This document shows positions 6,455 to 12,743 of a stretch of DNA of 13,189 nucleotides, one piece after another. Every line of letters starts with the position of its first letter. Positions within the stretch are counted from its first letter, which is position 1. A program made the position numbers and the translations under genes. This stretch comes from a virus (Duplodnaviria; Heunggongvirae; Uroviricota; Caudoviricetes): IMG/VR virus record IMGVR_UViG_2548876940_000012, positions 1 through 13,189 of that record. The stretch is one strand, 5' to 3'. Under the pieces are notes generated by a model. That model had not been told where the DNA came from. It saw only the letters and a program-made list of their open reading frames with translations, and did not search any database.

Positions 6455-6873
6455 CAGTAGCCAATAATGCATTCAAAATCTCTTACTTGAGAAACGGCCT
6501 ATTTGAGATTTCAGTCGTGGCAGGATGATCAGTTGATTCGAGTATTGACGCATTTACGTTCTGAACGGCTGTAATAAAGTTGCGGGAGAGAAATGCCGCT
6601 AGTATTTTGTAATTAATTGAATGCTGAAGGTTTAATGAGAAGTCAAGAACACTACTTGTACTATAATCGTTCGATGTTAGTGAGGGTTTGATGCAAAAAA
6701 TGAAGTGATTGACCCTAAATTTGCGCGATCAGCGACAGATTGTACACCGAGATCCTGTGGGCTGGAATTTGCAGAGAAATACCGAAAATGATATCCAATA
6801 TTGTTTTCAGTTCCTACATCATACCTGATAAGGGTATAATCATAAAAATTAGGATAATTCAAGTTATAATTGT

Positions 6874-7290
6874 ATGAATAAAAACGACCTTGAAGCATTA
6901 TCTGACACTAGGCTTAATGAGGCCAAATGCTTGCTTGATCATGGCTTTTTTCATGGTGCATATTATCTTTGTGGGTATGCAGTTGAATGTGCATTGAAGG
7001 CCTGTATTGCCAAGTCATTTTTACAACATGAGTTTCCAAACAAAAAAGTCGTAAATGATTCATATACTCATGATTTGTCGCAACTTCTCAAAATTGCCAA
7101 CTTACATCAAATTTTGATTGCTGACGCAAAAAATGATGTTTCGTTGGAGATTAACTGGTCGGTCGTTAAAGACTGGAGCGAGCAATTTAGATACGACAAT
7201 AACATAAGTAAAGCTATGGCCGAACAATTGTTTGATGCTGTAGGTGACCAAAATTCTGGAGTTTTGAAATGGGTAAAAGCACACTGGTAA
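6874..7290 (+). CDS. HEPN-domain protein (classical HEPN type), 138 aa; putative RNase toxin/effector
   Basis: Helix motif GAYYLCGYAVECALKA (E-x2-LKA), H-D-L motif (SYTHDLSQLL) and a later R-Y (EQFRYDN), as in classical HEPN/HepT-type domains. A GGAG for the downstream gene lies inside its 3' end. Confidence 0.65.
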   Translation: MNKNDLEALSDTRLNEAKCLLDHGFFHGAYYLCGYAVECALKACIAKSFLQHEFPNKKVVNDSYTHDLSQLLKIANLHQILIADAKNDVSLEINWSVVKDWSEQFRYDNNISKAMAEQLFDAVGDQNSGVLKWVKAHW

Positions 7291-7670
7291 TCGGCAGAGA
7301 GTTGACAAAAGATATGGAATTCTCAGGTCAATTTTTATTAAAAAAACTCAAGTTACAGAATTTAACTATTGATGCTGCAATGTGGTTTTATTACCCAGAT
7401 CTATCTTGGAGATATATTTTAGTTATCAGTGACTTCTCAGAACGTGGACCGGCAGAAATATATAGAAAAATCAGTGAGATAAATAGAAATAGCATATCAA
7501 AAAAGTATAAGCCGATACCATTAGAAGCAATTGAGGCTAAGGGGGATTCAGCTTTTATTTATAAAATGTTAAAAGGATTTGCTAGAGTCAACGATGGTAA
7601 AGTTCGCGTTTCTAATTCTATGGTAAATGGTTTAGAAATCGTTGACTGTCTGATCTATGAGTTAAAATAA
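7269..7670 (+). CDS. Hypothetical protein, 133 aa; overlapping partner of the HEPN gene; no nucleotidyltransferase (MNT) motif detected
   Basis: Overlaps the HEPN ORF by 22 bp, with a GGAG 8 nt upstream of its ATG. Lacks the G-S...D-x-D/E Pol-beta signature. AT-rich. Confidence 0.55.
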   Translation: MGKSTLVIGRELTKDMEFSGQFLLKKLKLQNLTIDAAMWFYYPDLSWRYILVISDFSERGPAEIYRKISEINRNSISKKYKPIPLEAIEAKGDSAFIYKMLKGFARVNDGKVRVSNSMVNGLEIVDCLIYELK

Positions 7671-7741
7671 GAAATCTCTTGCTGGGTATCATTATTGTTT
7701 AAATGACTTTTGATTTTCAATAATCAACTTGTCATAATTAA

Positions 7742-7770
7742 GTCACCGGAGTTTGAACTCCTCCGGTGAC
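7742..7770. other. Stable GC-rich hairpin (GTCACCGGAG ... CTCCGGTGAC) between the moron island and the nin genes; no clear T-tract
   Basis: 10-bp perfect inverted repeat with a 9-nt loop, read directly. Possible terminator or processing site at the module boundary. Confidence 0.4.
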
Positions 7771-7891
7771 TTCTGCGCTAAACGGGGACGTTTATGCGCA
7801 CATACAATCCAAACTCTCTTCTCCCTTCACAGATGCAGAAATGTACCTGCGATTTTTTGCATCCAGCGTTTGACCTCTGCGGAGGTGAATC

Positions 7892-8347
7892 GTGAACCTC
7901 CTACAAGATGGCATCAAATTGCATCGTGGTAACTTCACCGCTATCGGCCAGCAGATCCAGCCTTATCTGGAGGACGGCAAATGCTTTCGCATGGTGCTTA
8001 AACCGTGGCGCGAGAGACGCAGTCTTTCCCAGAATGCACTCAGCCACATGTGGTACAGCGAAATCAGTGAATACCTCATCAGCAAGGGTAAAACGTTCGC
8101 CACTCCAGCTTGGGTAAAAGATGCTCTCAAACACACATATCTCGGTTATGAAACCAAAGAGCTGGTTGATGTCGTAACCGGTGATATCACCACTATCCAG
8201 TCGTTACGCCATACCTCCGATCTTGATACCGGAGAGATGTATGTCTTCCTGTGTAAGGTTGAAGCCTGGGCGATGAATATTGGTTGCCATCTGACTATTC
8301 CGCAGAGCTGCGAGTTCCAGCTGCTGCGCGACAAGCAGGAGGCGTAA
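7892..8347 (+). CDS. ybcN: NinB/YbcN-family protein (DLP12 YbcN-like), 151 aa
   Basis: GTG start with a GGAGG RBS. The [11 protein letters not shown] motif resembles the NinB SLDQN motif. It sits at the head of the ninE-ybcO-rusA-ylcG cluster, as in DLP12. Confidence 0.75.
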   Translation: MNLLQDGIKLHRGNFTAIGQQIQPYLEDGKCFRMVLKPWRERRSLSQNALSHMWYSEISEYLISKGKTFATPAWVKDALKHTYLGYETKELVDVVTGDITTIQSLRHTSDLDTGEMYVFLCKVEAWAMNIGCHLTIPQSCEFQLLRDKQEA

Positions 8348-8517
8348 TGGCTACACCGCTTATTCGTGTCATGAACGGACACATCTACAAAGTACCAAAT
8401 CGTCGTAAGCGTAAACCTGAGCTGAAGCCATCCGAAATACCAACTCTGCTCGGATATACCGCCAGCCTGGTTGATAAAAAATGGTTGCGACTGGCAGCAA
8501 GGAGGAATCATGGCTGA
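8347..8517 (+). CDS. ninE: NinE-family protein, 56 aa
   Basis: TAATG overlap with the upstream stop. PNRRKRKPELKP ... YTASLVDKKWLRLAARR parallels lambda NinE (PTKRTRNKPKP ... YTAHLWDIRWLRRRAR) from memory. Confidence 0.7.
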   Translation: MATPLIRVMNGHIYKVPNRRKRKPELKPSEIPTLLGYTASLVDKKWLRLAARRNHG

Positions 8518-8800
8518 TTTGAGAAAAGCAGCGCGTGGTCGGGAATGCCAGGTAAGAATCCCTGGCGTATGTAATGGCAATTCTGAAACGTCTGTACTGG
8601 CACATATCCGGCTGACTGGATTGTGCGGCACCGGTACGAAACCGCCAGACCTGATTGCCACCATTGCATGTTCTGCCTGCCACGACGAAATCGACCGCCG
8701 CACGCATTTTGTTGACGCTGGATATGCAAAAGAATGCGCGCTGGAAGGTATGGCGAGAACGCAGGTTATCTGGCTGAAAGAGGGGGTAATTAAGGCGTGA
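8510..8800 (+). CDS. ybcO: YbcO-family putative nuclease (DLP12 YbcO-like), 96 aa
   Basis: Start at [10 protein letters not shown] with a GGAGG RBS. Cys-rich CNGN...CSACHDEID motif. Recognised as near-identical to E. coli YbcO from memory. Confidence 0.8.
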   Translation: MADLRKAARGRECQVRIPGVCNGNSETSVLAHIRLTGLCGTGTKPPDLIATIACSACHDEIDRRTHFVDAGYAKECALEGMARTQVIWLKEGVIKA

Positions 8801-9159
8801 ATACCTACAGCATCACATTACCCTGGCCTCCGAGCAATAATCGCTATTACCGCCATAATCGCGGGCGCACGCACGTCAGCGCAGAGGGGCAGGCATACCG
8901 CGATAACGTCGCCCGAATCATTAAAAACGCAATGCTGGATATCGGCCTGGCTATGCCTGTGAAAATCCGTATTGAGTGCCACATGCCGGATCGCCGTCGC
9001 CGTGACCTGGATAATCTGCAAAAAGCCGCTTTTGACGCACTCACCAAAGCAGGTTTCTGGCTGGATGATGTTCAGGTCGTTGATTACCGTGTTGTGAAGA
9101 TGCCCGTTACCAAAGGTGGGAAGCTGGAGCTGACCATCACTGAACTGGGGAATGAATGA
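8797..9159 (+). CDS. rusA: RusA Holliday-junction resolvase, 120 aa
   Basis: [24 protein letters not shown]... is recognised as essentially the E. coli RusA sequence (from memory). GTGA overlap with the ybcO stop. Confidence 0.9.
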   Translation: MNTYSITLPWPPSNNRYYRHNRGRTHVSAEGQAYRDNVARIIKNAMLDIGLAMPVKIRIECHMPDRRRRDLDNLQKAAFDALTKAGFWLDDVQVVDYRVVKMPVTKGGKLELTITELGNE

Positions 9160-9296
9160 TGTTTGAGTCTTATATGGCAGAACGTCTTCGCCACCGCTGG
9201 ATGCGCCTGCGCTTATATCGTTTCCCCGGTTCTGTTTTGACCGATTACCGGATACTGAAGAATTACACCAAAACACTGAAAGGAGCTGCCGCATGA
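9156..9296 (+). CDS. ylcG: YlcG-like small protein, 46 aa
   Basis: Translated by hand: [46 protein letters not shown]. Overlaps the rusA stop and the downstream ATG (ATGA). Same position as ylcG in DLP12. Confidence 0.6.
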   Translation: MMFESYMAERLRHRWMRLRLYRFPGSVLTDYRILKNYTKTLKGAAA

Positions 9297-9982
9297 ATAC
9301 CCAATATTTACAGTATGTCCGCGAGCAACTCATTGTGGCTACTGCTGATTTGAGCGGAGCAACTAAAGGCCAGCTTGAAGCTTGGCTGGAGCATGCACAA
9401 TTTGATACTGGTACATATAAACGAAAGAAGCCGCGCATTCTGGATGAGGTAACGGGCAAGATGATTACGCTGGATAATCCGCCGATTTCCGGTAAGCAGT
9501 CGTACGCAAAAGGTTCATCCATTGCACTGGTCAGCCAGGTTGAGTTCTCAACCTCGTCATGGCGCCGCGCGGTTCTGTCTCTCGATGAACATCAGAAAGC
9601 GTGGTTGCTGTGGAGTTACAGCGAAAGTGTTCGCTGGGAGCATCAGGTCACCATAACGCAGTGGGTATGGAGCGAGTTTAAGACTCTGTTGGGTACCAGG
9701 AAAATTGCAGGTAAGACACTGGAACGTTTGAAGAAGTTGATCTGGCTGGCGGCACAGGATGTGAAGAACGAGCTGGCAGGGCGTAAGACCTATGAATACC
9801 AGGAGCTGGCATCACTGGTGGGAGTGACATCAAAAAACTGGTCTGAGACATTTACTGAACGCTGGGTTGCAATGAAGCACATTTTTCTACAGCTTGATAG
9901 CCAAGCTTTATTGCTTTTAACGAAAACACGTTCAAAACAAAAGGCCACATTTTCACAGCAAGATATTGCAAAACTGGATTAA
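9293..9982 (+). CDS. Putative late-gene antiterminator (Q-like), 229 aa
   Basis: The call is positional: last gene before a ~300-bp noncoding region with an intrinsic terminator, followed by the lysis cassette. No Zn-finger Cys pattern as in lambda Q, so the family is unassigned. Confidence 0.5.
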   Translation: MNTQYLQYVREQLIVATADLSGATKGQLEAWLEHAQFDTGTYKRKKPRILDEVTGKMITLDNPPISGKQSYAKGSSIALVSQVEFSTSSWRRAVLSLDEHQKAWLLWSYSESVRWEHQVTITQWVWSEFKTLLGTRKIAGKTLERLKKLIWLAAQDVKNELAGRKTYEYQELASLVGVTSKNWSETFTERWVAMKHIFLQLDSQALLLLTKTRSKQKATFSQQDIAKLD

Positions 9983-10163
9983 AAAGCATATATTTCATAT
10001 AAATCTGATATTTTGCCAATGTTGTACGCACTGGCAGTATTCCAAATTCAAGCTCGAGGTTTAAAGCCTTGGGCTTTTCTGTTTCTGGGCGGTGAGTATC
10101 CTTCCAACGTACCCCAGCCAGGGTGTCTTCAGCTGTTGAGTTGATATTGCTTAACCCTCTGTT

Positions 10164-10189
10164 GCCAGCTACATGCTGGCTTTTTTATT
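10164..10189 (+). terminator. tR'-like rho-independent terminator in the Q-to-lysis intergenic region
   Basis: Stem GCCAGC / GCTGGC (10164-10169 and 10175-10180), loop TACAT, then TTTTTTATT. It lies ~180 bp after the Q-like stop, consistent with a short PR' transcript. Confidence 0.6.
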
Positions 10190-10303
10190 CCAGGCTTGCG
10201 GGGAGCATCAACTCCGTGCTTTGTCGTTAAATTACCCCGTGAGCCTGATTTCTGACATTTAACGTCCCGGCCTTTTGTCGGCGGCGAAACATTGGCTATT
10301 CAT

Positions 10304-10609
10304 ATGCACGAAAAAGAGAGCCTTGCCGGAGCGTTCTGGCTCGTTTTGCTGATCATCGCAGGTTGGGGCGGTCTGGTCCGCTACCTGATAGATGTGAAGC
10401 AGAGTAAAGCAACGTGGAGTTGGATAAATGCTCTGGCTCAGATAGTGGTATCAGGATTCACCGGTGTTATTGGTGGCCTGATCAGTATCGAAAGTGGATT
10501 CAGTATTTACATGATTCTCGCGACAGCGGGGATTAGTGGTGCGATGGGTTCGGTTGCACTGACGTACTTCTGGGAACGACTGACAGGGGTGAAAAATGCA
10601 AAATCTTAA
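10304..10609 (+). CDS. Putative holin with three predicted transmembrane segments; alternative TTG start at 10292
   Basis: Hydrophobic segments AFWLVLLIIAGWGGLV, WINALAQIVVSGFTGVIGGLI and FSIYMILATAGISGAMGSVAL, then a charged C-terminus. Immediately upstream of, and overlapping, the endolysin gene. Confidence 0.6.
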   Translation: MHEKESLAGAFWLVLLIIAGWGGLVRYLIDVKQSKATWSWINALAQIVVSGFTGVIGGLISIESGFSIYMILATAGISGAMGSVALTYFWERLTGVKNAKS

Positions 10610-11072
10610 TCCTCAGCGTAAAGCTTTCCTCGATATGTTGGCGTGGTCAGAGGGAACGGATAACGGGCGACAACCGACACGTAACCACGGTTATGATGTT
10701 ATTGTTGGTGGTGAACTGTTTACTGATTACTCCGATCATCCTCGCAAACTTGTCACGCTAAACCCGAAACTTAAATCAACAGCCGCCGGACGTTATCAGC
10801 TTCTTTCACGCTGGTGGGATGCTTACCGTAAGCAGCTTGCTCTGAAAGACTTCTCTCCGAAAAGCCAGGACGCTGTGGCATTGCAGCAGATTAAGGAGCG
10901 TGGCGCTTTACCGATGATTGATCGCGGTGATATTCGTCAGGCAATTGACCGTTGCAGCAATATCTGGGCTTCACTGCCGGGTGCTGGTTATGGTCAGTAT
11001 GAACATAAAATTGGCGACCTGATTTCCCGGTTTAAAGAGGCTGGTGGGGTAGTAAATGAAGCTGAGATATAA
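10596..11072 (+). CDS. R: Endolysin R, lambda-type lytic transglycosylase, 158 aa
   Basis: QRKAFLDMLAWSEGTDNGRQ ... IDRGDIRQAIDRCSNIWASLPGAGYGQ is recognised as near-identical to lambda R (from memory). Confidence 0.9.
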   Translation: MQNLNPQRKAFLDMLAWSEGTDNGRQPTRNHGYDVIVGGELFTDYSDHPRKLVTLNPKLKSTAAGRYQLLSRWWDAYRKQLALKDFSPKSQDAVALQQIKERGALPMIDRGDIRQAIDRCSNIWASLPGAGYGQYEHKIGDLISRFKEAGGVVNEAEI

Positions 11073-11448
11073 GCTGGTTATTGTTGCCTTCTTTGTTACC
11101 GTCATTGGTTCCTTCATCTGGTCTGCCGGGCATTACTACAGCAAATATCTGCACGAAAAGGAGCGTGTTGATGAGGCTATACGAAATGCTGAATCAGCAA
11201 CTGCCATTACCCGTAACGTTCTGCAATCACTGCAAATCATCAATACAGTTATAGAGGCTAACCAGCATGCAAAACAGCAGATTGCACTGGAGTCACAGAG
11301 AACCCAGGAAGATATCAAAGTGGCTGTTGCGGATGATGATTGTGCTTCACGTCCTGTGCCTGCTGCCGCTGCTGACCGGTTGCGGAAGTACGCGGACAGT
11401 TTACGTGAACACTCCGGCGGTACCACTGCCAGCCAGCCTGACTTCTGA
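11056..11448 (+). CDS. Rz: Rz-like i-spanin, 130 aa
   Basis: N-terminal TM segment (LVIVAFFVTVIGSFIW), a periplasmic region rich in charged residues with a single Cys near the C-terminus. Overlaps the R 3' end. Contains the start of the Rz1 frame. Confidence 0.75.
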   Translation: MKLRYKLVIVAFFVTVIGSFIWSAGHYYSKYLHEKERVDEAIRNAESATAITRNVLQSLQIINTVIEANQHAKQQIALESQRTQEDIKVAVADDDCASRPVPAAAADRLRKYADSLREHSGGTTASQPDF

Positions 11449-11584
11449 AACACCGATTCCAGTTGTACCTAGTCCACTGACATATGGTGCTAGCCTGGAA
11501 CTGAATGCGAGTTTGTTATCTGCATTAGCGCAATGCAATAGAGATAAAAAGGATATTCTAAAAATAGGATATCAAAATGAATAA
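11333..11584 (+). CDS. Rz1: Rz1-like o-spanin lipoprotein, +1 frame relative to Rz, extending beyond the Rz stop
   Basis: Lipoprotein signal MMIVLHVLCLLPLLTGC with lipobox LLTG-C. Pro-rich mature region. Starts inside Rz at 11333 and ends 136 nt after the Rz stop. Confidence 0.7.
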   Translation: MMIVLHVLCLLPLLTGCGSTRTVYVNTPAVPLPASLTSETPIPVVPSPLTYGASLELNASLLSALAQCNRDKKDILKIGYQNE

Positions 11585-11620
11585 ATATTTTCCTGAAAAT
11601 GATTGTAACTGTGCTATAAA

Positions 11621-11626
11621 TATAAT
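11621..11626 (+). promoter_or_regulatory. Perfect TATAAT -10 hexamer upstream of the 169-aa moron gene; no convincing -35
   Basis: TATAAT at 11621-11626, 24 nt upstream of the ATG at 11651, with AAGGTGAG as RBS. Confidence 0.3.
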
Positions 11627-11650
11627 CATCAAATAATATAAAGGTGAGTT

Positions 11651-12160
11651 ATGGAAAGGTTTATAAAATCAATTGAATCTTCAATTGAAAGTGAGAATTG
11701 GTTAGCGGCATTGTTTATGGCTCTTGCTATGCCTGATATTTGCAGGAGCGTTGAACGTCCCAAAATAGGTAAGGGTGAAACAGGGAAATGGTATAAAGAT
11801 TGGGTTTCTCGTTATCTTGAAAATAAATATACATCCGGTACACATGAACAGTGTCGATTTTATGCGGATGATTTTTGGCTGTATCGTTGTTCTTGTTTAC
11901 ATGCTGGACAGGATCCAGAGAACAGGAAAAGAATGATGCAGTTTAATTTTACACCACCACCTAGGCCAAATTGCCAAGTGCATTTAAATCACTTAAATGG
12001 CAAACTTCAGTTGCAAATAGATGTGTTTTGTCGAGATATGATTGAGGCAGTCAATCAATGGCGTACTGAGGTCGAGGATACGCCAGAAATTAAGGCTCGT
12101 ATGGATTCTCTGATAAATATATCATTAGCATCTTTTGGAACATTCATTGTACTTGGTTAA
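11651..12160 (+). CDS. Hypothetical moron protein, 169 aa, with an Rx4H motif (YRCSCLH); possible HEPN-like effector
   Basis: AT-rich island between the lysis genes and the HNH/terminase genes. R-x4-H (R-CSCL-H) resembles the HEPN catalytic motif. Bounded by a -10 hexamer upstream and an inverted repeat downstream. Confidence 0.6.
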   Translation: MERFIKSIESSIESENWLAALFMALAMPDICRSVERPKIGKGETGKWYKDWVSRYLENKYTSGTHEQCRFYADDFWLYRCSCLHAGQDPENRKRMMQFNFTPPPRPNCQVHLNHLNGKLQLQIDVFCRDMIEAVNQWRTEVEDTPEIKARMDSLINISLASFGTFIVLG

Positions 12161-12166
12161 ATATTA

Positions 12167-12208
12167 ATGAAGTGAATTTTACAGTGGGTACTAAAAGGTT
12201 CACTTCAT
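12167..12208 (+). other. 10-bp inverted repeat ATGAAGTGAA ... TTCACTTCAT with a 22-nt spacer, downstream of the moron gene; possible terminator
   Basis: Read directly (12167-12176 and 12199-12208). The loop is long for a canonical intrinsic terminator and the 3' T-tract is weak. Confidence 0.3.
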
Positions 12209-12267
12209 TTAATGATTTCCCTAACACAAATTAGTTTTTAGAGAGGAAACTATTTAGGACATTAATA

Positions 12268-12618
12268 ATGCCCCCTCGAACCCCAAAAGCCTGCCGTGTT
12301 CGCGGCTGCCGCTCTACAACCACAGACCCGTCAGGCTACTGCGAAAGCCACAAAAGCGAAGGCTGGAAGCAATACAAACCAGGACAATCCCGTCATCAGC
12401 GCGGCTACGGTTCGAAGTGGGACAGTATCCGCGCGCGTGTCCTGAAGCGTGACAAAGGCCTGTGTCAGTTATGTCTGCGTGCTGGTGTGGTGCGTGAGGC
12501 GAAAACTGTTGACCACATCATCCCTAAAGCGCATGGCGGCACTGATGCTGACAGTAATCTGCAGAGTCTGTGCTGGCCGTGTCATAAGGCGAAGACGGCC
12601 CGTGAACGGTTAAATTGA
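12268..12618 (+). CDS. HNH endonuclease (terminase-associated, HK97-like packaging module), 116 aa
   Basis: HNH motif: CQLCLRAG ... VDHIIPKAHGGTDADSNLQSLCWPCHKAK. Located immediately upstream of the small terminase. Confidence 0.9.
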   Translation: MPPRTPKACRVRGCRSTTTDPSGYCESHKSEGWKQYKPGQSRHQRGYGSKWDSIRARVLKRDKGLCQLCLRAGVVREAKTVDHIIPKAHGGTDADSNLQSLCWPCHKAKTARERLN

Positions 12619-12644
12619 TAATAATTCTCAACTGTCTGAGGGGA

Positions 12645-12704
12645 GGGGCGGGTCAAATCCCTGTGACCTGACGTCTTCCGGACTGCCCGCCCCGTCGTTT
12701 TTTT
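12645..12704 (+). other. GC-rich inverted repeat (GGGGCGGG ... CCCGCCCC) followed by a T7 run: terminator and/or cos-region structure between HNH and terS
   Basis: GGGGCGGG at 12645-12652 and CCCGCCCC at 12686-12693, then GTCGTTTTTTTAT (T-run 12698-12704). Confidence 0.4.
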
Positions 12705-12743
12705 ATACCCGCGAAAAATGAAATTTAACCAGGAGTGCCGCAT

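Noticed and set aside
6677-6898. Minus-strand 73-aa ORF (Tyr/Asn-rich) overlapping the HEPN start
   Set aside because: Composition is typical of a chance ORF in AT-rich DNA. It has no RBS and would run antisense into the HEPN gene start.
7102-7308. Minus-strand 68-aa ORF
   Set aside because: Antisense within the HEPN gene and its overlap region; no support.
7269-7670. Calling the HEPN partner a minimal nucleotidyltransferase (MNT) antitoxin
   Set aside because: No G-S followed by D-x-D/E Pol-beta motif is present, and the gene order is the reverse of canonical MNT-HEPN pairs. Left as an unknown partner.
7901-8729. ORFs 7901..8134 -, 7908..8117 +, 8146..8703 -, 8369..8707 -, 8508..8729 - across ybcN/ninE/ybcO
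   Set aside because: They overlap genes with recognisable nin-region identity and lack start signals.
8818-9522. Long 234-aa minus-strand ORF (and nested 8847..9047) antisense to rusA, ylcG and the Q-like gene
   Set aside because: rusA on the plus strand is recognised with high confidence. A long antisense ORF is plausible by chance in GC-rich sequence, and it has no RBS or motif.
11136-11453. Minus-strand 105-aa ORF
   Set aside because: Antisense to the Rz/Rz1 spanin pair.
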